DNA of 63,955 nt, counting the filler, from Octopus bimaculoides (taxonomy: Eukaryota), in assembly GCF_001194135.2 (NCBI RefSeq). It is 7 parts of 6 records of this genome, joined end to end, with 100 filler letters (N's around TTAATTAATTAA, not from the genome) between each part and the next. Parts side by side here need not be neighbours in the genome. Positions count along the whole stretch, not along the records: positions 22,604 to 49,494 come from NC_068989.1; 6 more parts are not named here. One strand, given 5' to 3'. The translations under genes and the position numbers were made by a program. The notes under the pieces are model-generated. The model saw only the letters and a program-made list of their open reading frames with translations. It had not been told where the DNA came from and ran no database searches. Shown here one piece after another: positions 23,431 to 38,000 of the stretch (the stretch's first letter is position 1; each line of letters opens with the position of its first letter).

Positions 23431-25401
23431 TTTTAGTGGTGGTTGTTGTTCTGAAACCACTGTAATGGGGTGGCGCAAGACGTTTGAAAAACATGGATTA
23501 AATCTTTTTTATTTATTTAAAAAAAGTTTCTCCCTATTGTTTTCAAATGGGGGAGGGGGTACTAAAAGGTCTGGAAAAATAACTCCCTGCATAACGGAGA
23601 AATTTCGACTTATGTGGAACAGATAATTCGAAGGTCCGCTCTTAATACAAGAGTATATTATACTTTTCTTTTAATTAATCAAGAGGAAAGTTCAAAAGAC
23701 TGAGAGTTTCGGCCTTGAATCTCTTTTGTACCTTTTGATAAGCCCACATATTGATCTCTTAAATGTCGCAGACGAAACTCAGCCTTCGAGCTTTATTCCC
23801 CCCTCTTTTTACTGATTAAATGTAATTGAAAAGTAGTATTTGGACAGACACACATATACGTAGGTGATATAAACACTAGAAATGCTTAGTCCCAGGTAGT
23901 ATCAGTAAGAGCAACTCAGAAATAATGCAAGCTCTTCTTCTGGTGTCATAACGTCGGAAGCCCTTCCGTCGCCATCATCAGGTATCTCAAGCTCACAAAC
24001 GTTTCGCGCTTTTATCGGTATGCTTCGATTGAATGAGAAAGGGAGGACTGAATTACCTTTCGCTATTTTCAATACTTTTCTTTTATAAGTGCAAGTAAAG
24101 GGGGACAACTTTCATCAACTTGCAGGAAATATTACTCATTTTTAAAAGAATATATTTTATGATTCCAGTGTGGTCTCGAATATAATGGTTTCTAATTCAG
24201 GTACATGGCCAATAGTTTTGGGAACGGGGGATCAGTCGATACCATCGACTGCTTTGTACTTTATATTATTTATATCGACGAGATTTGAACCCTGAAATGT
24301 AAAATTGCATAACTAAATTGCGCAAGGCAATTTTTTCCTCGATGCTCCAGCGATTCTGCCAGTCGACTCGATTCTCGATTATTATACGATTTTCACTTTT
24401 TGAAAATATAAATTTTGTATAACTTTCTTCTCTCAATTTCATCCTGATGTATACATATATATGTATGTATACACACACACACACACACACATACACACAC
24501 ATATATACTCTTTTACTTGTTTCAGTCATTTGACTGTGGCCATGCTGGAGCACCGCCTTTAGTCGAGCAAATCGACCCCAGGACTTATTCTATCGGTCTC
24601 TTTTGCCGAACCGCTAAGTTACGGGGACGTAAACACACAACCATCGGTTGTCAAGCGATGTTAGGGGGACAAGCACAGACACACAAACATATACACACAT
24701 ACATATACATATATATACATATATACGACGGGCTTCTTTCAGTTTCCGTCTACCAAATCCACTCACAAGGCTTTGGTCGGCGCGAGGCTATAGTAGAAGA
24801 CACTTGCCCAAGATGCCACGCAGTGGGACTGAACCCGGACCATGTGGTTGGTAAGCAAGCTACTTACCACACAGCCACTCCTAGGCCTATATATATATAT
24901 AGGCATAAGAGTGGCTGTGCGGTAAGTAGCTTGCTAACGAACCAAAGCCTTGTGTGTGGATTTGGTAGACGGAAACTGAAAGAAGCCCGTCGTATATATG
25001 TATATATATATATATGTATGTGCGTGTGTATGTTTGTGTGTCTGTGTTTGTCCCCCCCCAATATTGCTTGACAACCGATGCTGGTGTGTTTAGGTCCCCG
25101 TAACTTAGCGGTTAGGCAAAAAAGACTGATAGAATAAGTACTAGGCTTACAAAAAATAAGTCCTGGGTCGATTTGCTCGACTATAGGCGGTGCTTCAACA
25201 TGGCCAAAGTCAAATGACTGAAACAAGTAAAAAAAAAAAAGATATATACATATATATATATATTCACACATATATATACATATACATATATATACATACA
25301 TACATAATATAATGTCTAAAAGTTGATGAATACCACCTCTTGATCCCCTTCATTTTCTTATTGCCGTATACATATATATATATATATGCATATACATACA
25401 T

Positions 25402-25440
<39 letters not shown>

Positions 25441-25940
25441 TATGTCTTTGTCTTTGTCACCTTCCCCTTCCCCTACTTGACAACCGATGATGGTTTGTTC
25501 ATATTCCTACAATGTAGTGGTTTAGTAAAACAAACCAATAAAATAAGTAAATAGCCTTAAAATACACATAAGTACTGACATTGATTTATTTGACTGAAAT
25601 CCTTCAAGGCAATGCGTTAGGATGGCTGAAGTCCAATGATCAAAACAAGTAAAAGAGAAAAGATCACAAAAAAATTATGTTTGTAGGCTACAGTACCAGA
25701 GAAGCCTCTTATATCTGACTAACTTAAAAGCCATACTCCATGTGGACTTTTAAGCCAGCTCGTGTGGAGTGCTAATTAGGCCTGTACCCCAAAACTAAAG
25801 CGAGCCATAATATATAAAACATTTATTGGTATCCTACCAATATGGTATAACTTTAAATTCAGTTTAAATGAAAAACTTGTAAGTTCACAAATATTTGGAG
25901 TTCTTTTAAAATTTGAGTTTTCAACTGTTAGCATATTATT

Positions 25941-26319
25941 GCTGGCACTCCGTCGCTTACGACGTCGAGGGTTCCAGTTGATTCGAACAACGGAACAGCC
26001 TGCTCATGAAATTAACGTGCAAGTGGCTGAGCACTCCACAGACACGTGTACTCTTAACGTAGTACTCGGGGAGATTCAGCGTGACAGTGTGACAAGGCTG
26101 ACCCTTTGAATTACAAGCACAACAGAAACAGGAAATTAGAGTGAGAGAAAGTTGCGGTGAAAGAGTACAGCAGGGTTCACCACCATCCCCTGCCAGAGCC
26201 TTGTGGAGCTTTAGGTGTATTCGCTCAATAAACACTCACAATGCTCGGTCTGGGAATCAAAACCGTGATCCTATGACCGCAAGTCCGCTGCCCTAACCAC
26301 TGGGCCATTGCGTCTCCAC
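25941..26319 (-). mobile_element. Family C tRNA-headed SINE (OK/Ceph-SINE-like; label from memory)
   Basis: Head GTGGAGACGCAATGGCCCAGTGGTTAGGGCAGCGGACT..GGTTTTGATTCCCAG. Highly similar copy at 49135-49493; degenerate copy at ~5415-5700. Confidence 0.85.
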
Positions 26320-26518
26320 TTGTTAACATATAACAAATCCTCATCCAGACCTGATCTCAATGTAGGATGTTGATGAACCAAATGAAGGGCAGATTTTCAA
26401 TCCTGGAGTGATCCTTATTCCAAAACGGTATAATATGTCTATGTAGAACAAATGTAGACTGAGATAACAAGGGTCCCGGATGGACAGACAGAATTTCGTG
26501 TTTATTATTATAGAAGTT

Positions 26519-26552
<34 letters not shown>

Positions 26553-27823
26553 TTAATGACTGTTTTCCATGCTGGCATGGGTTGGACAATTTGACTGGTG
26601 CTGGTAAGGCCTGGGGCCACACTAGGTTCCATTGTCAGTTCTGGCATGGTTTCTATGGCTGGATGCCTTTCCTAACACCAACCACTCCACAGAGTGTACT
26701 AGGTGCTGTTTATGTGGCACCAGCACCGGTCTCAATTCTGCTGTGGCAGAGGGGTATTCTTGTGTACAGAAATGTGCCAGATATTTTGGTCTTTAGTCAT
26801 CTCTTTTGTAAGGCTCTGATAATTTTTTCTTATATTCTTTTTTTTAACAACAGACAGACACGATTAGAATAGGGTTTTATTTATTTATTCATTACTTTAC
26901 AAAAGTTTTATTTTAATTTTTGTGAAGGGGTTTAGGGGGGTGTGAAAACAACAACAACAATGAAAAAAATATAGGGTTGCTCTTTTTGTTTCATAATCAA
27001 TAACAAACAGAGGCAACATAAACACAAGATTTAAAGAATAAAAAAACAAAACATCATATAAAAAAGTAACAAAAGGGTAAAAAAATACAGCAGAAATTTA
27101 AATTAAATAAGATGCAATTTAAAAAAAAAGAATTTTTTTTTTAAATATTAACAGCCAAACAAACAGAAACAACAACCAAAATAGGGAAACTGAACAGAGG
27201 TTTGTAGTGTTTAAGTTATTGCCACAGATAAATTATTTTTAGTGCCATTTTAATGTTACCCATTAGTTTGGTTCACTGAAGAGAGGAGGAAGAATTGGTG
27301 GTGGTGGTGGTGGCTTCTAGAAATATTGGGTTATCTTCTCTGTTTTCGATTTGTATTGTAACCTTTTCTGAACTATTCTTTAATGCAGCTCCAATAATAA
27401 TAATAATGATAATAATAATAATAATTTGTTTCAAATTTTGGCACAAGATCAGCATTTTTTTAGCAGCAGGGGTAAGTTGATTTCACCGACCCCAGTGCTC
27501 AGCTGGTACTTTATTTTATTGACCCTAAAAGGATAAAAGGCAAAGTTGTCCTTGGTGGAATTTGAACTCATAACATAATGCACCAGAAGAAATGCTGTTA
27601 AGCATTTTGTCTGATATGCAAACGACTCTGCCAACTCACTGCCTAAATAATAATAATAATAGTAATAATAATAATAATGGTTTAAAATTTTGGCACAAGG
27701 CCAGCAATTTCAGGGGAGTGGGTAAATTGATTACAATGACCCCAGTGTTCAACGGGTACTTCTTTTATCGACCCTGAAGAGATGAAAGATCAAGTCAACC
27801 TTGGCAGAATTTGAACTCAGAAT

Positions 27824-27872
<49 letters not shown>

Positions 27873-30800
27873 TTTGGCACTGATATATGACATCTGATGA
27901 TAAACTTTGCACACTCGATTGGGAATATGTGTAGAAACATCCACCCATGTTACAGAAGCATAACATTCCTGAAGATTTTGCCATCAATAGGAAAGGAATT
28001 TCTGTGTTATGAAATTCTTACATTGTAGGAAGATTTTTCAGAAATGACATGCTTCCATGACAGTGATGGTGGTGGTGGTGGGGCCTGTAATTATAATCCC
28101 AATTTCTACCACTGGTACAAAGCCATGGATTTGTGAAAGGTTGTTGTAGTCAAATAAATCGATGTCCCCCTGATGTAATTTACCTGGTGTTTATTTCATC
28201 ATAAACGCCACTTTCCTGTCATGTGAGGATAGAAGGCAAAGATGATCTGAGCAGCTCTGAAATGCAGAATGCAAATGGCCTTAACAAAATAACACAAGAT
28301 ATTTCTGCCATTACTTAACTGGTTCTGTCATCCACAACATTTATTATAGTTGTTTCTAACATAGACACAAGGTTAGCAGAAATTTGCTGAAAGGTGGGTG
28401 TTAGCCAATTACATCCAAATACTGGTATCTGACTATTTATTACTTTATTTGATCGACCACAAAAAAGATGAAAACAAAAGTCAACTTTGGCAGGATTTGA
28501 ACTCAGAATATAAAGAGTTGGGAGAAATATTGCAAGGCAGTTTAATCTAACATGCTAACAGTTCTGCCAATCCCCACCCATGACACAAACTCTCATTATA
28601 GCAATAATGATTTCTAATTTTGGTTGATGGTTATTAATTTCTACAGTAAGGAGTACAGTTGATTATATTGATCTCAGTATGTTACTGGTATCTATCACAG
28701 TAGCCCTCACATGGCTCCACTACCCCAGTAGGTTTTTAAAATCAAAGGCATAAAGGAACCATAGCTAAAAACCACAATACATTATGATCAGCTCTTGTTT
28801 GTAAAATAATCAATGTTTTTTTTGTGTTAGTATTAAATATTAAAGCAACCACCAGATATTTTTCTTCAATTATCAGAAAATACTGAAGTCATCATTATCA
28901 TCATCATCGTTAGCATTATTTAATGTCTGTTTTCCATTCTGGCACTGATTCGATAGTTTGACATGAGCTGGTGGAGCAGAGGGCTGCAACAAGCCCTGCT
29001 GAGCTGTCTAACCCATGCCAACATAAAAAACAGACGTCAGATGATGATGACTTCCTATTCTTTCTGTTAACTTAAGAAAAATACCTGATGGTCACTTAAA
29101 CTTAAATAATTATAAAAACAAGTCATTAACTTAAATATAATTCATATTGTAGTTGGATTCCAAGTTGGCCCAGGCTTCATCAAACAAACCTATGATTGAA
29201 GACATTCCAACCACGACCATCCTGTCTAATTCTTTCCAGACATATTGTATCCTGGACTATATTATACAATATGTCTTTACTGAAGATAGTACAAGGTACG
29301 ATTTGAAAGAGAGGGATACATAGCAGTTATTTCTAGTAGGTTGTATAAGCATATAAGATGATTTCCCATTGACTTGGAGGTCATATGTGAATTCCAAAAT
29401 GGAGAAATAGTCATTTTTTATTAACAATTGTCCATAATATTAAACAGACTAATATTATGGACTGTATCTTGATACAAATCTGAAAATATTTTATTTGATA
29501 CTTTCAGACAAATTCTATTCTATATTTGTATGTGATTAATTTCATTTCATCGATGTTGATTCATTTAGTATTAAACCCCATTTTTATTTTTTATTTGGCA
29601 TAGGAAAGTTAACTCTTTTATAATGTTAACCCACTTGAAACTGCCCTTGGTTCTGTGATACCAAATTGCATTATAAAAGTGTTTATAATATAAGTATTCT
29701 GTTAGAATTTTTGTTTCTAACACCAGCTTAAAAATGGGGAATTTATAGTTATTTTACAAAACCATTCCAAATTCTCGACCATTTAGAAAATTAAATAAAA
29801 CATGTAAGTAAGTGTATTTCATAAGAAATTTAATCTCAAAAGGGTTTATGTATTTATTGGGCTGTTAAATAGTAAAGTCTATTGCATTACGACAAAATAA
29901 AGGCCTTAGTTATGTCCCTTTAATTTCTGAATTCAAAATCTCGACTGGCGTCTGAGTTTGTCTTTCATTCTTCTTCAATGGTCGATAAAAATAAAGTGCC
30001 AGTTATGTACTCGGGTAGATTTAATTGTCTCACTTTAAAACGTAATGGTTGAATAACTCGCGTAACTTTAAAAAAAAACAACATTTAACAATCTAACGTA
30101 TCTTCGTTTCAAATAAGGCATTCAAGAAGCTCTATAACAATAAAATAGACAGAGATAGAAGGACTGAGAGATAGATACACAAAGAGAGTGTTTACCCAAT
30201 ATTTCATATTCTACACTAAATGTTTAAAAAAATATATTGATTCTTTTTCATTTCTTTCGCAATGAATGATGATTTTTAAGTGAATGCAATGTATCAACAG
30301 AAAGGAGTGAAATTGTGAAATATAACTCAATAAAAAATTGTGAAATTTGTTTCATTTCGTTTGTTTCTTTTTGTGTTTTTATTTTTTTACAAAAGACGTG
30401 AATCTCGAGCAGTAGATCTTTAAAATTTCTGTTTTAGTTATTTTGTGTGAGACTTGAAATTATTGCATTAATTGGTCTGGTAATGAGCTGGTAATGAATA
30501 AAGACAGTCATTAGAAATACTGGATAGGCAAATTTTAAAATGAAAGATGCTGTATTGTACAGGAATATGTTGTTTTCTCGTTATTATATTATTAAATTTG
30601 CATGTGGGTATTGAGACTGAATTCGCTTTTTAAATTTTTTCTTCTTCTATGTTAACTTCAGACAGGTTTATGTTCTAGGTTAAACCATTCAATATCTAAA
30701 TAAATATTCTTCGAAAATCATTGTAAATTCTTTTTACAAGGAAAGAACGGGATATATATAAATATATATAAGATTAGTAAATATACGTTGTAAATGAATA

Positions 30801-31281
30801 TATTTCAATTGATGTTAAGATAGCAGTGATCTTAAACTCAAGTTAATTCCCTTGAGATAGATTACCTCCCTTAGCATATTGTCCTACCGCGGTGTTTTCA
30901 CACCCTTGACCATTTATTAACAGCCCTGTAAAAAATGCATGGTTATCACATGAACACTTGAATATGATAACCATGCAATTTAAACCCTTCACTTCATGCA
31001 GTATACCAAAAATTTACTCAGTTATCATATGCCAATTAGTATGCTAACCAAGAATTTCGTGGTGGCTCATTTTGTAAGCCAAATTGGGAAGACAAGGTTA
31101 ATCATATTCTACAGTGTATGAGAACCATGCATTCACAACAACACTGCTCTATCAGAACATCATGGATTACATGATTACAACAGCAGCTACAATGGCAGCT
31201 GTGACAAGAGGCATTACATCCTCCTCTGTAAACCAATCATGTAAACCTGAAATACTCATTTTGCTGTCTAACTAGTATGTG

Positions 31282-31323
<42 letters not shown>

Positions 31324-34300
31324 GTTATATATTTATATTATATATATAACATCACACAGAGTGTTAAAGAACCTGAAGGATCTTCTGTTTTCTCCCTCTT
31401 CAGTTATCTTAACGACTGAAGGTTGAAGAAAGGGGCTGTCACTTTTAATCTCATACAAATTGGACCCCCTACTACAAAATAGAGTTCAAACAAACACCAT
31501 CAACATTAAGAAATAAATGAGGTGCCCACTCAACATGAATATTCCAATTGATTTTTGGACCCTATAAATCAATCTTCTTGAGTGCATTCTTCGAAGCCCA
31601 GCACACTCACCTACAGGACCGTTTATGATAAGGTGAAGTACCAGAAACTTGGAGCAAATGGTAACAAAATCTATGAGATATAAGCGACCATCTCTTTGTT
31701 CAACTTCTAGGTTGAAGAGAAAAGAACGAGGTGTGGGGGGTGGGAGAAGGGAAGAAGAATCAAATCTCTGTTTCGTTGTTGCCAAATCTCTTATGAAGAT
31801 AAGGCATCAGCCAGCCAATCTGTTTACGAGGAATGTGCATATTATTTTGGATATCCAGAATGTGAAGGACTAAATATTCATTGGAAGCTATTTGAAGAGA
31901 CAGCTGTATTGATATCTGTGCTAAACCTACAACAATCTGCTTTAACTCATGCACAATCCATACAACAGACGCATTTAAACCTCTCATGTCAATAGCAACA
32001 AAATCCCAGTGATGCGTATAAGCGTTGCTCACCGACAGCTGTAAAATCCCAGAGATGCTTAATGCATCCCTTTTTTGCTATGTTGTGAAATCCCAGAGAC
32101 ACTTATGTATGTCTTTTAACTGTCCAGATAGGATTTCATAGCTACAGATAAGAGAAACTGGTATATGTCTGTGGTATGGATAGTGTTAAGTTTTTATTAC
32201 CAAAATCATTCTTACCTTTAACCTTAGGGACATTATATGTCATATAAAATTCCAGTTATTAACCTATTCTAACACTTGTATCAGGTGAAGGTAACACGAA
32301 GGAAGGAAAAATTTCAAAAGCAATTTCTACCTTATATTTTGTGCTCTGAATTATGAATGCAATATTGAGTTTTACTTAATCTAAAATGTTCCATTATTAT
32401 TATTACTTACAGGTATTCTTTATAAATATTTAAGACGAAAATACCTTCAACATTCAAATAGAATTTTGTTTGCAGTTTTTTTGAAACAATACTTTGAAAT
32501 AAAATTAATATAGATTTTGAATTAAGTTTATCAGAGAAGCTAATCTGAGTAAAATAGAACAAGATATTATGAGATGATAAGCTTGAGCTTCAGAGATTTA
32601 TCATGGATTGTAAAAAATATCATTAGCATAATTTATTTTTTACAAATTAACTAAAAATTAGTTGCTATAAAAGTAGAGATATGATCTTAGATATTTACTG
32701 AAAAAACCCCCCCAATAACCTTCAATCATTTCCTTATATTCTGATGCAATAAACTATGTTTTCAAATATCAACTGTGCTTTTTATAGGCTTTATGTCTCC
32801 TGTACAATCTACCAAACTGAATAGAGAAAATAGTTATATTATGTTAAACATCAGTGAAATCTATAGAACAAATTTCTAGAATATGCAAAGATAAAAAAGT
32901 AAAAATTATGAGAAGTTTTAAATCTAATTTTCTGTTTATTTTTTCAAAGTCATCTTTAACAAAACACTGAAAACCGACATGGACTTAAAACATACAGATG
33001 TAACAATGAAAGAAAAAAAAAAAAATCTCATGAGATAAAATAGAAACTGAAGACAAAGCTGTGGTGTAGTAAATAAATTAATAAATAAATAAATAAAATC
33101 CTTATTTTATGAACAGCTTTTTCTGTTTTTTTTTTTTTAAATTTATTTTTCCAATATTGCCCTTAAAAATTATCACGAAAAAATTGTTTTTGAAGACATC
33201 TTTGAGAGGGCAAAATTTTTATAAACTTTTTCACACATTCTAAATTAATTTATCAGAATTTAAAAATGGAACATTTTAAAACTCATTACTTAGCATTTAG
33301 TTTTATGCCTAAAGTAGTCTCGTTAAAAATTTCTTAATTCATTTTTGAAATATTTAAAAAATATCATTAGCACTAAAATTAGACTAAATCTAATCTTGCT
33401 TTTCTTAATCTGCAATCTAACGCTTCAATTCCCTTTTAACTAGATATCCCTAAACACTCCAAATCCTTCTTACTTTTGAACAGAAGAGGAAATTCTCTCA
33501 GAAGCAGAAGTTGTGACGTTAATCAATAGTGAAACCATTAGCATGATAGTTTTGATGAAGCAGCCCAGAGTTCTAAACTGGAATTGTGTGAACAAGTTTT
33601 AAATTTAAGTTCTTATGTCTTTAGCTGGGTACAAAAGCTGCTGCCTGATTCTGTTACGAGTTTTTGTTACTTTCGTTCTTTATTTTTTAGTAGTCAAATA
33701 TGTCTTAAGCAGTATATGCCCAAGAAACTTTCTTATCAAACCACATGTTATTTTGTTAGCTTTAAATTCAATTTAAATTCACCTAATTAACAAAAAATGT
33801 GATGTTACTTGAAATGAAAATTTTGTGTTAATCCGTAGCTATGAATTTCTTTTTCTTTACAGTGAGCAAACTTAAAATAACAAAAATCCAGTTTTTAAAA
33901 CATTTGAAAAACCCGAAATCATTTATTTATTTTTGTTTTCTCTTCCAAAATTCTACATTGTGGCATTTATAATTTTCCAGGAAGATGAAAAATGAAAGGA
34001 AAAAAAAAAAAGTAACAATAATAATTCACAGTACAAACAGCAAGTTTTTTTGATTTTCAAGTTTTGCTTTCAGCCAATGACCATCATTTCTTCTTTAAAT
34101 AAATACAGTTCCTTAAAGATTTCAGAACTTATGTAGATATTTATTTTTTTGACTTAGCAAATTTGGAAGTGGCTTCAGTCAACAGCTTTGACCCTTAATA
34201 TGTTCAATCATTTCCTTACATTCTAATGCAATAAATTAGAGCAGATTTGTTTTGGAGGTGTTTTACTGTTGCTGAAATAGGCTGTAGCTTGGAGTACTGA

Positions 34301-34429
34301 AAGACAAGGTAAGACAGGCAGGCAGCTGGGCCAAATATCTGTCTGACATAATTACTTGATGGGCGGAAGTCATCGTGAACTGTACTAGTCATCAGTAGTA
34401 CAACTTAGCATAGAAAAAGCACTGGAACT

Positions 34430-34503
34430 TCAAACTTCTTCGCTATAAGCAGCAATGGTTTCCAATTCTTCTGTATCTAATCCTCCTTTAAGCGTCCGTC
34501 GCA
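34430..34503 (-). CDS. FHOD: FHOD formin terminal coding exon (DAD core)
   Basis: Acceptor tttatag|; phase 1; (L)RRTLKGGLDTEELETIAAYSEEV*, matching the FHOD LRRTLKSGL motif. Confidence 0.93.
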
Positions 34504-34984
34504 CTATAAACAATAAGTGAACAAGTATATGAGTACATAATAAATTTTATAATGGAGTAAATTACATATAATTGCTGGTTAGCTTTTATTTTTCTATGTC
34601 TTAATAAAGCAACTGAAGATAAGTTATTAATGAAATATAAAAGAGCTTAACTTCAAAACAGTTACACTTCAGACTTAAATATTTACCATACATGCATGCA
34701 CGCACATACACTCACAATATTCTGCGAAAGTAAACATGTTTTTTTAACTTCAGTTCTTCAGATTTTAATTCAAAAATTATTTTCTTTGAAAAAGACAAAT
34801 GTTTGACTCAAAACATGGATCATTGTTTGATAGTTATTATATGAAATATAATGACAGAAATAGGACTAAAGATTTTTTTGCATTGCTTTTTTTTTTTCTT
34901 ATTTCAAGGGATAATCCAATGTGAAATTATAAATGCATCTAATACAGAAAAGATCTAATTCTGCAAAGTTTTACTCAAATTTTC

Positions 34985-35046
<62 letters not shown>

Positions 35047-38000
35047 TTTGGCTATATATAATCTTTGAACTCGCCTGGACTGCAACCATTTTGAGAAACT
35101 GCTTTCAGTGGTTCTTGTCAATTATATTGATATTGATCTCATACAGTCTGGTAGTGATTTTATCAGTCTCTATTCATCTCTCTTATTCAGTGAATGGTTA
35201 AGTTACATCTCTTTAGCAACATAAATACCATTAGGTGATGTATAAAATAATATTTTAAGTGTATACTGGTTTCACATTTTGGCACAAGGCCAGCAATTTC
35301 AGTGAGTGTGTATGTCAATTACATTGACCCCAAGGCTTAACTGGTACTTATTTTATCAACCCTGAAAGGATGAAAGGCAAAGTCAACTTTGGAGGAATTT
35401 GAATTCAGAAAGTAAAGACAGATGAAATGCCACTATGCATTTTGTCTGGCATCCTAACGATTCTGCCTGTTTGCCACCTTATATTATGTGTATATCATAT
35501 ATATTATATACACACAAGCTTCCGCTCAGTTTCCGTCTCTAGATTTTATATACAAGGTGTGTGGGAGGGTAAAAAGCATGATGTGGCCAAGTACGAGAGA
35601 CAGTGTGATGAATGTGAAAATATTCACACAGCAAAAATAGGGAAAGAAGTTCTATGAGCCTTCAAACTGTTGATTCTGAAATTTTATAGCAAAAATACAG
35701 ACTGTAGAAGAATAAAAATTTTTTCTCAGACAATATTTTTACTTTGTGTGGCGACCATCATAAAGGAGAGGCTGAGTTGCTGACAATCTGATTCTGTGAT
35801 CTCATTTTGCACCCCTGACTAAATTTACCAAATTCCATTATGTTGTTCGAGCTTTAAAGAAAAAAACATGAATGCCACTACTTCCTTTGCTGTTTATCCT
35901 ATTAATCAGGACCTTGTAGTTTATGAAAAGAATGCATATATGTTCAGTATAAGTAGATTATTTCAGAAGTATTTTATAGTAGATGTCACTACTAATGATT
36001 AAGGAAATTTTCAAATTTGATGTTTTTTCTTTATCATGTATTTTATTTGACTATACTAATAGATAGAATGGTTGCAGTTTCTCCTCTTCCCCCTACCCCT
36101 GAATCTATTAAGGAATGTCAGTGTTTAGTTAAACCTGATATTAAAGCCCTTTAAACTTTGTTGTATTCCTAATGAAATACACTGGTTATATGCATTTCAA
36201 TTAAATTTGAAAACAAGAATTTTAGGAAAGATTTAATAAAATAATAAGCTTGTTTTAATTAAGCTAATATTTGGAACATAACAATAGTCTTACACATAAA
36301 TTATCATGGGAAATTTTCTCTATTTTAATTTGTTTATTTTGCAATTATGTTTTGATACCTAGGAGCCAGTGGCAGTTCCAAGTGAGTAGGTACTAAAAAG
36401 GTTAAAATTAAATACTAGGCATTACTCAGTAGTTTAAACAGAAGAAAAACACAGAAGCCACTTCTGTAAATATTCAGTACATAAACAACAGTTAAGTAAG
36501 CCAGCCATTAACCCTTCAAATACTAACATGCTTGACACTGCCTAGCTCTGGTTTTGTAATATGAAACATCCTGATTTAAAGTGTTCATATTTTAATTAAA
36601 ATGTTCTGTTATAATTATATGTAAAACTTTCTTGATAAGTTGTTCCATACATCAGCTTTGATAATGAAAAACTTAGTTACTCCTTTTATCCAATCCTTCC
36701 AAATTAATTATTATTATTTCCAGAATTTATTAAAACATGTGGCCTGTGTATTTCATTAGATGTATGGTCACAAAAGAGTTGAACTAGTTTGATGTTAAAA
36801 TCTGACATAAAAAAATGGAACCAGTACAAAGTTTAGCTCTAAGTAGGTTTTCTGAAAATATTTAGAAATTTTTTTTTAAAGCTGTAAAGCAATATAAATA
36901 TATTAATTATTGATTGAAATGAAGTAATATTTTCTAAAATAAATGTGCAATGAGAAAAATCTGACATGCCTGAGAAGATAGAGAAACCAATAAGATAATA
37001 GGACAGCTAGGAGGAGAAAAAGTTATTAAGGTGTGAACAGATTGAATAACAAAAGTTTTGCTTCAGTAAAAAACATTAATTAAGCAATGTAAAAACACGA
37101 ACAACAAAATATGAAAAACACAATGTAATGAAAGTACCCAAAAATAAAAGAAAATTCATGCTTCATAGAAAAGCACCACTTTGAAGAACAAAGCAGAACT
37201 CAATCAAAGCAAACATAACTGTTATAGAGAAGAGAAAATTAAAAATCCCTGCCATAAGATGAAAAGTGTGTGTGTATGTGTGTGTACATGAATACATCTA
37301 CACATATACTAAAAGTGGTGGGGAACAGACAAGGTGTAACATCCCAATGACAGTAGAACAGTTTTAAATATTACATCAGCAACACTTTTTATTTTTGAAT
37401 CCATTTCAGTTTAAGATTAATGCAGGATTTATAAATTATACTATCAATTTCTTCTGTGACCCATCATCTTCCCAAGAGATATTCTATTTTTTCTTCTACT
37501 GGCTGCATGCTGAGGAACAGCTGATGTGCCCTGATTTAATCAACATACCTGACCCTGTCGTGGTTGTTGCCAGAACTTATTGATGAACAGATACAGACTA
37601 GACAGTGCAGAGAGTGAAATATATCTGAATTATCATGCTGCAGTATCTACAACTCACTGCTGTATGTTAGAATGTGTAGTATGGTGCACTACAAGGCAGA
37701 GATATGATATAACCGGAGAAACAGACCTGCAGGGTTATATCAAGTCATTCATTACACAAAGCTGATTAAGGGCTTCACAACAACAACTAGTTCAAGTTGA
37801 CAGATAGTTTACTACTTTGATTGTAACATGGTAAGTGATAGATTTCCAAATCTAATCTAATGAGGGGATCAGTAGTTTTAATATTTAGTACATTTGATGG
37901 CATAAAAGATGCTTAGGCACATTAGATGGACCCCAATTTTGGTAGCATATACTCAGGAAAAAGTGAGCATGAGAGGCCTAACTTTGAATATAGGACCCAG

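Noticed and set aside
23960-24015. GAAACGUU...CUGAUGA on the minus strand as a permuted hammerhead
   Set aside because: Stems I and II do not pair convincingly; single occurrence.
31760-32032. ORF with VAIDMRG resembling an alpha/beta-hydrolase, and an overlapping 94-codon + strand frame (31711-31995)
   Set aside because: No nucleophile-elbow or other family motifs, and no recognisable homology on either strand.
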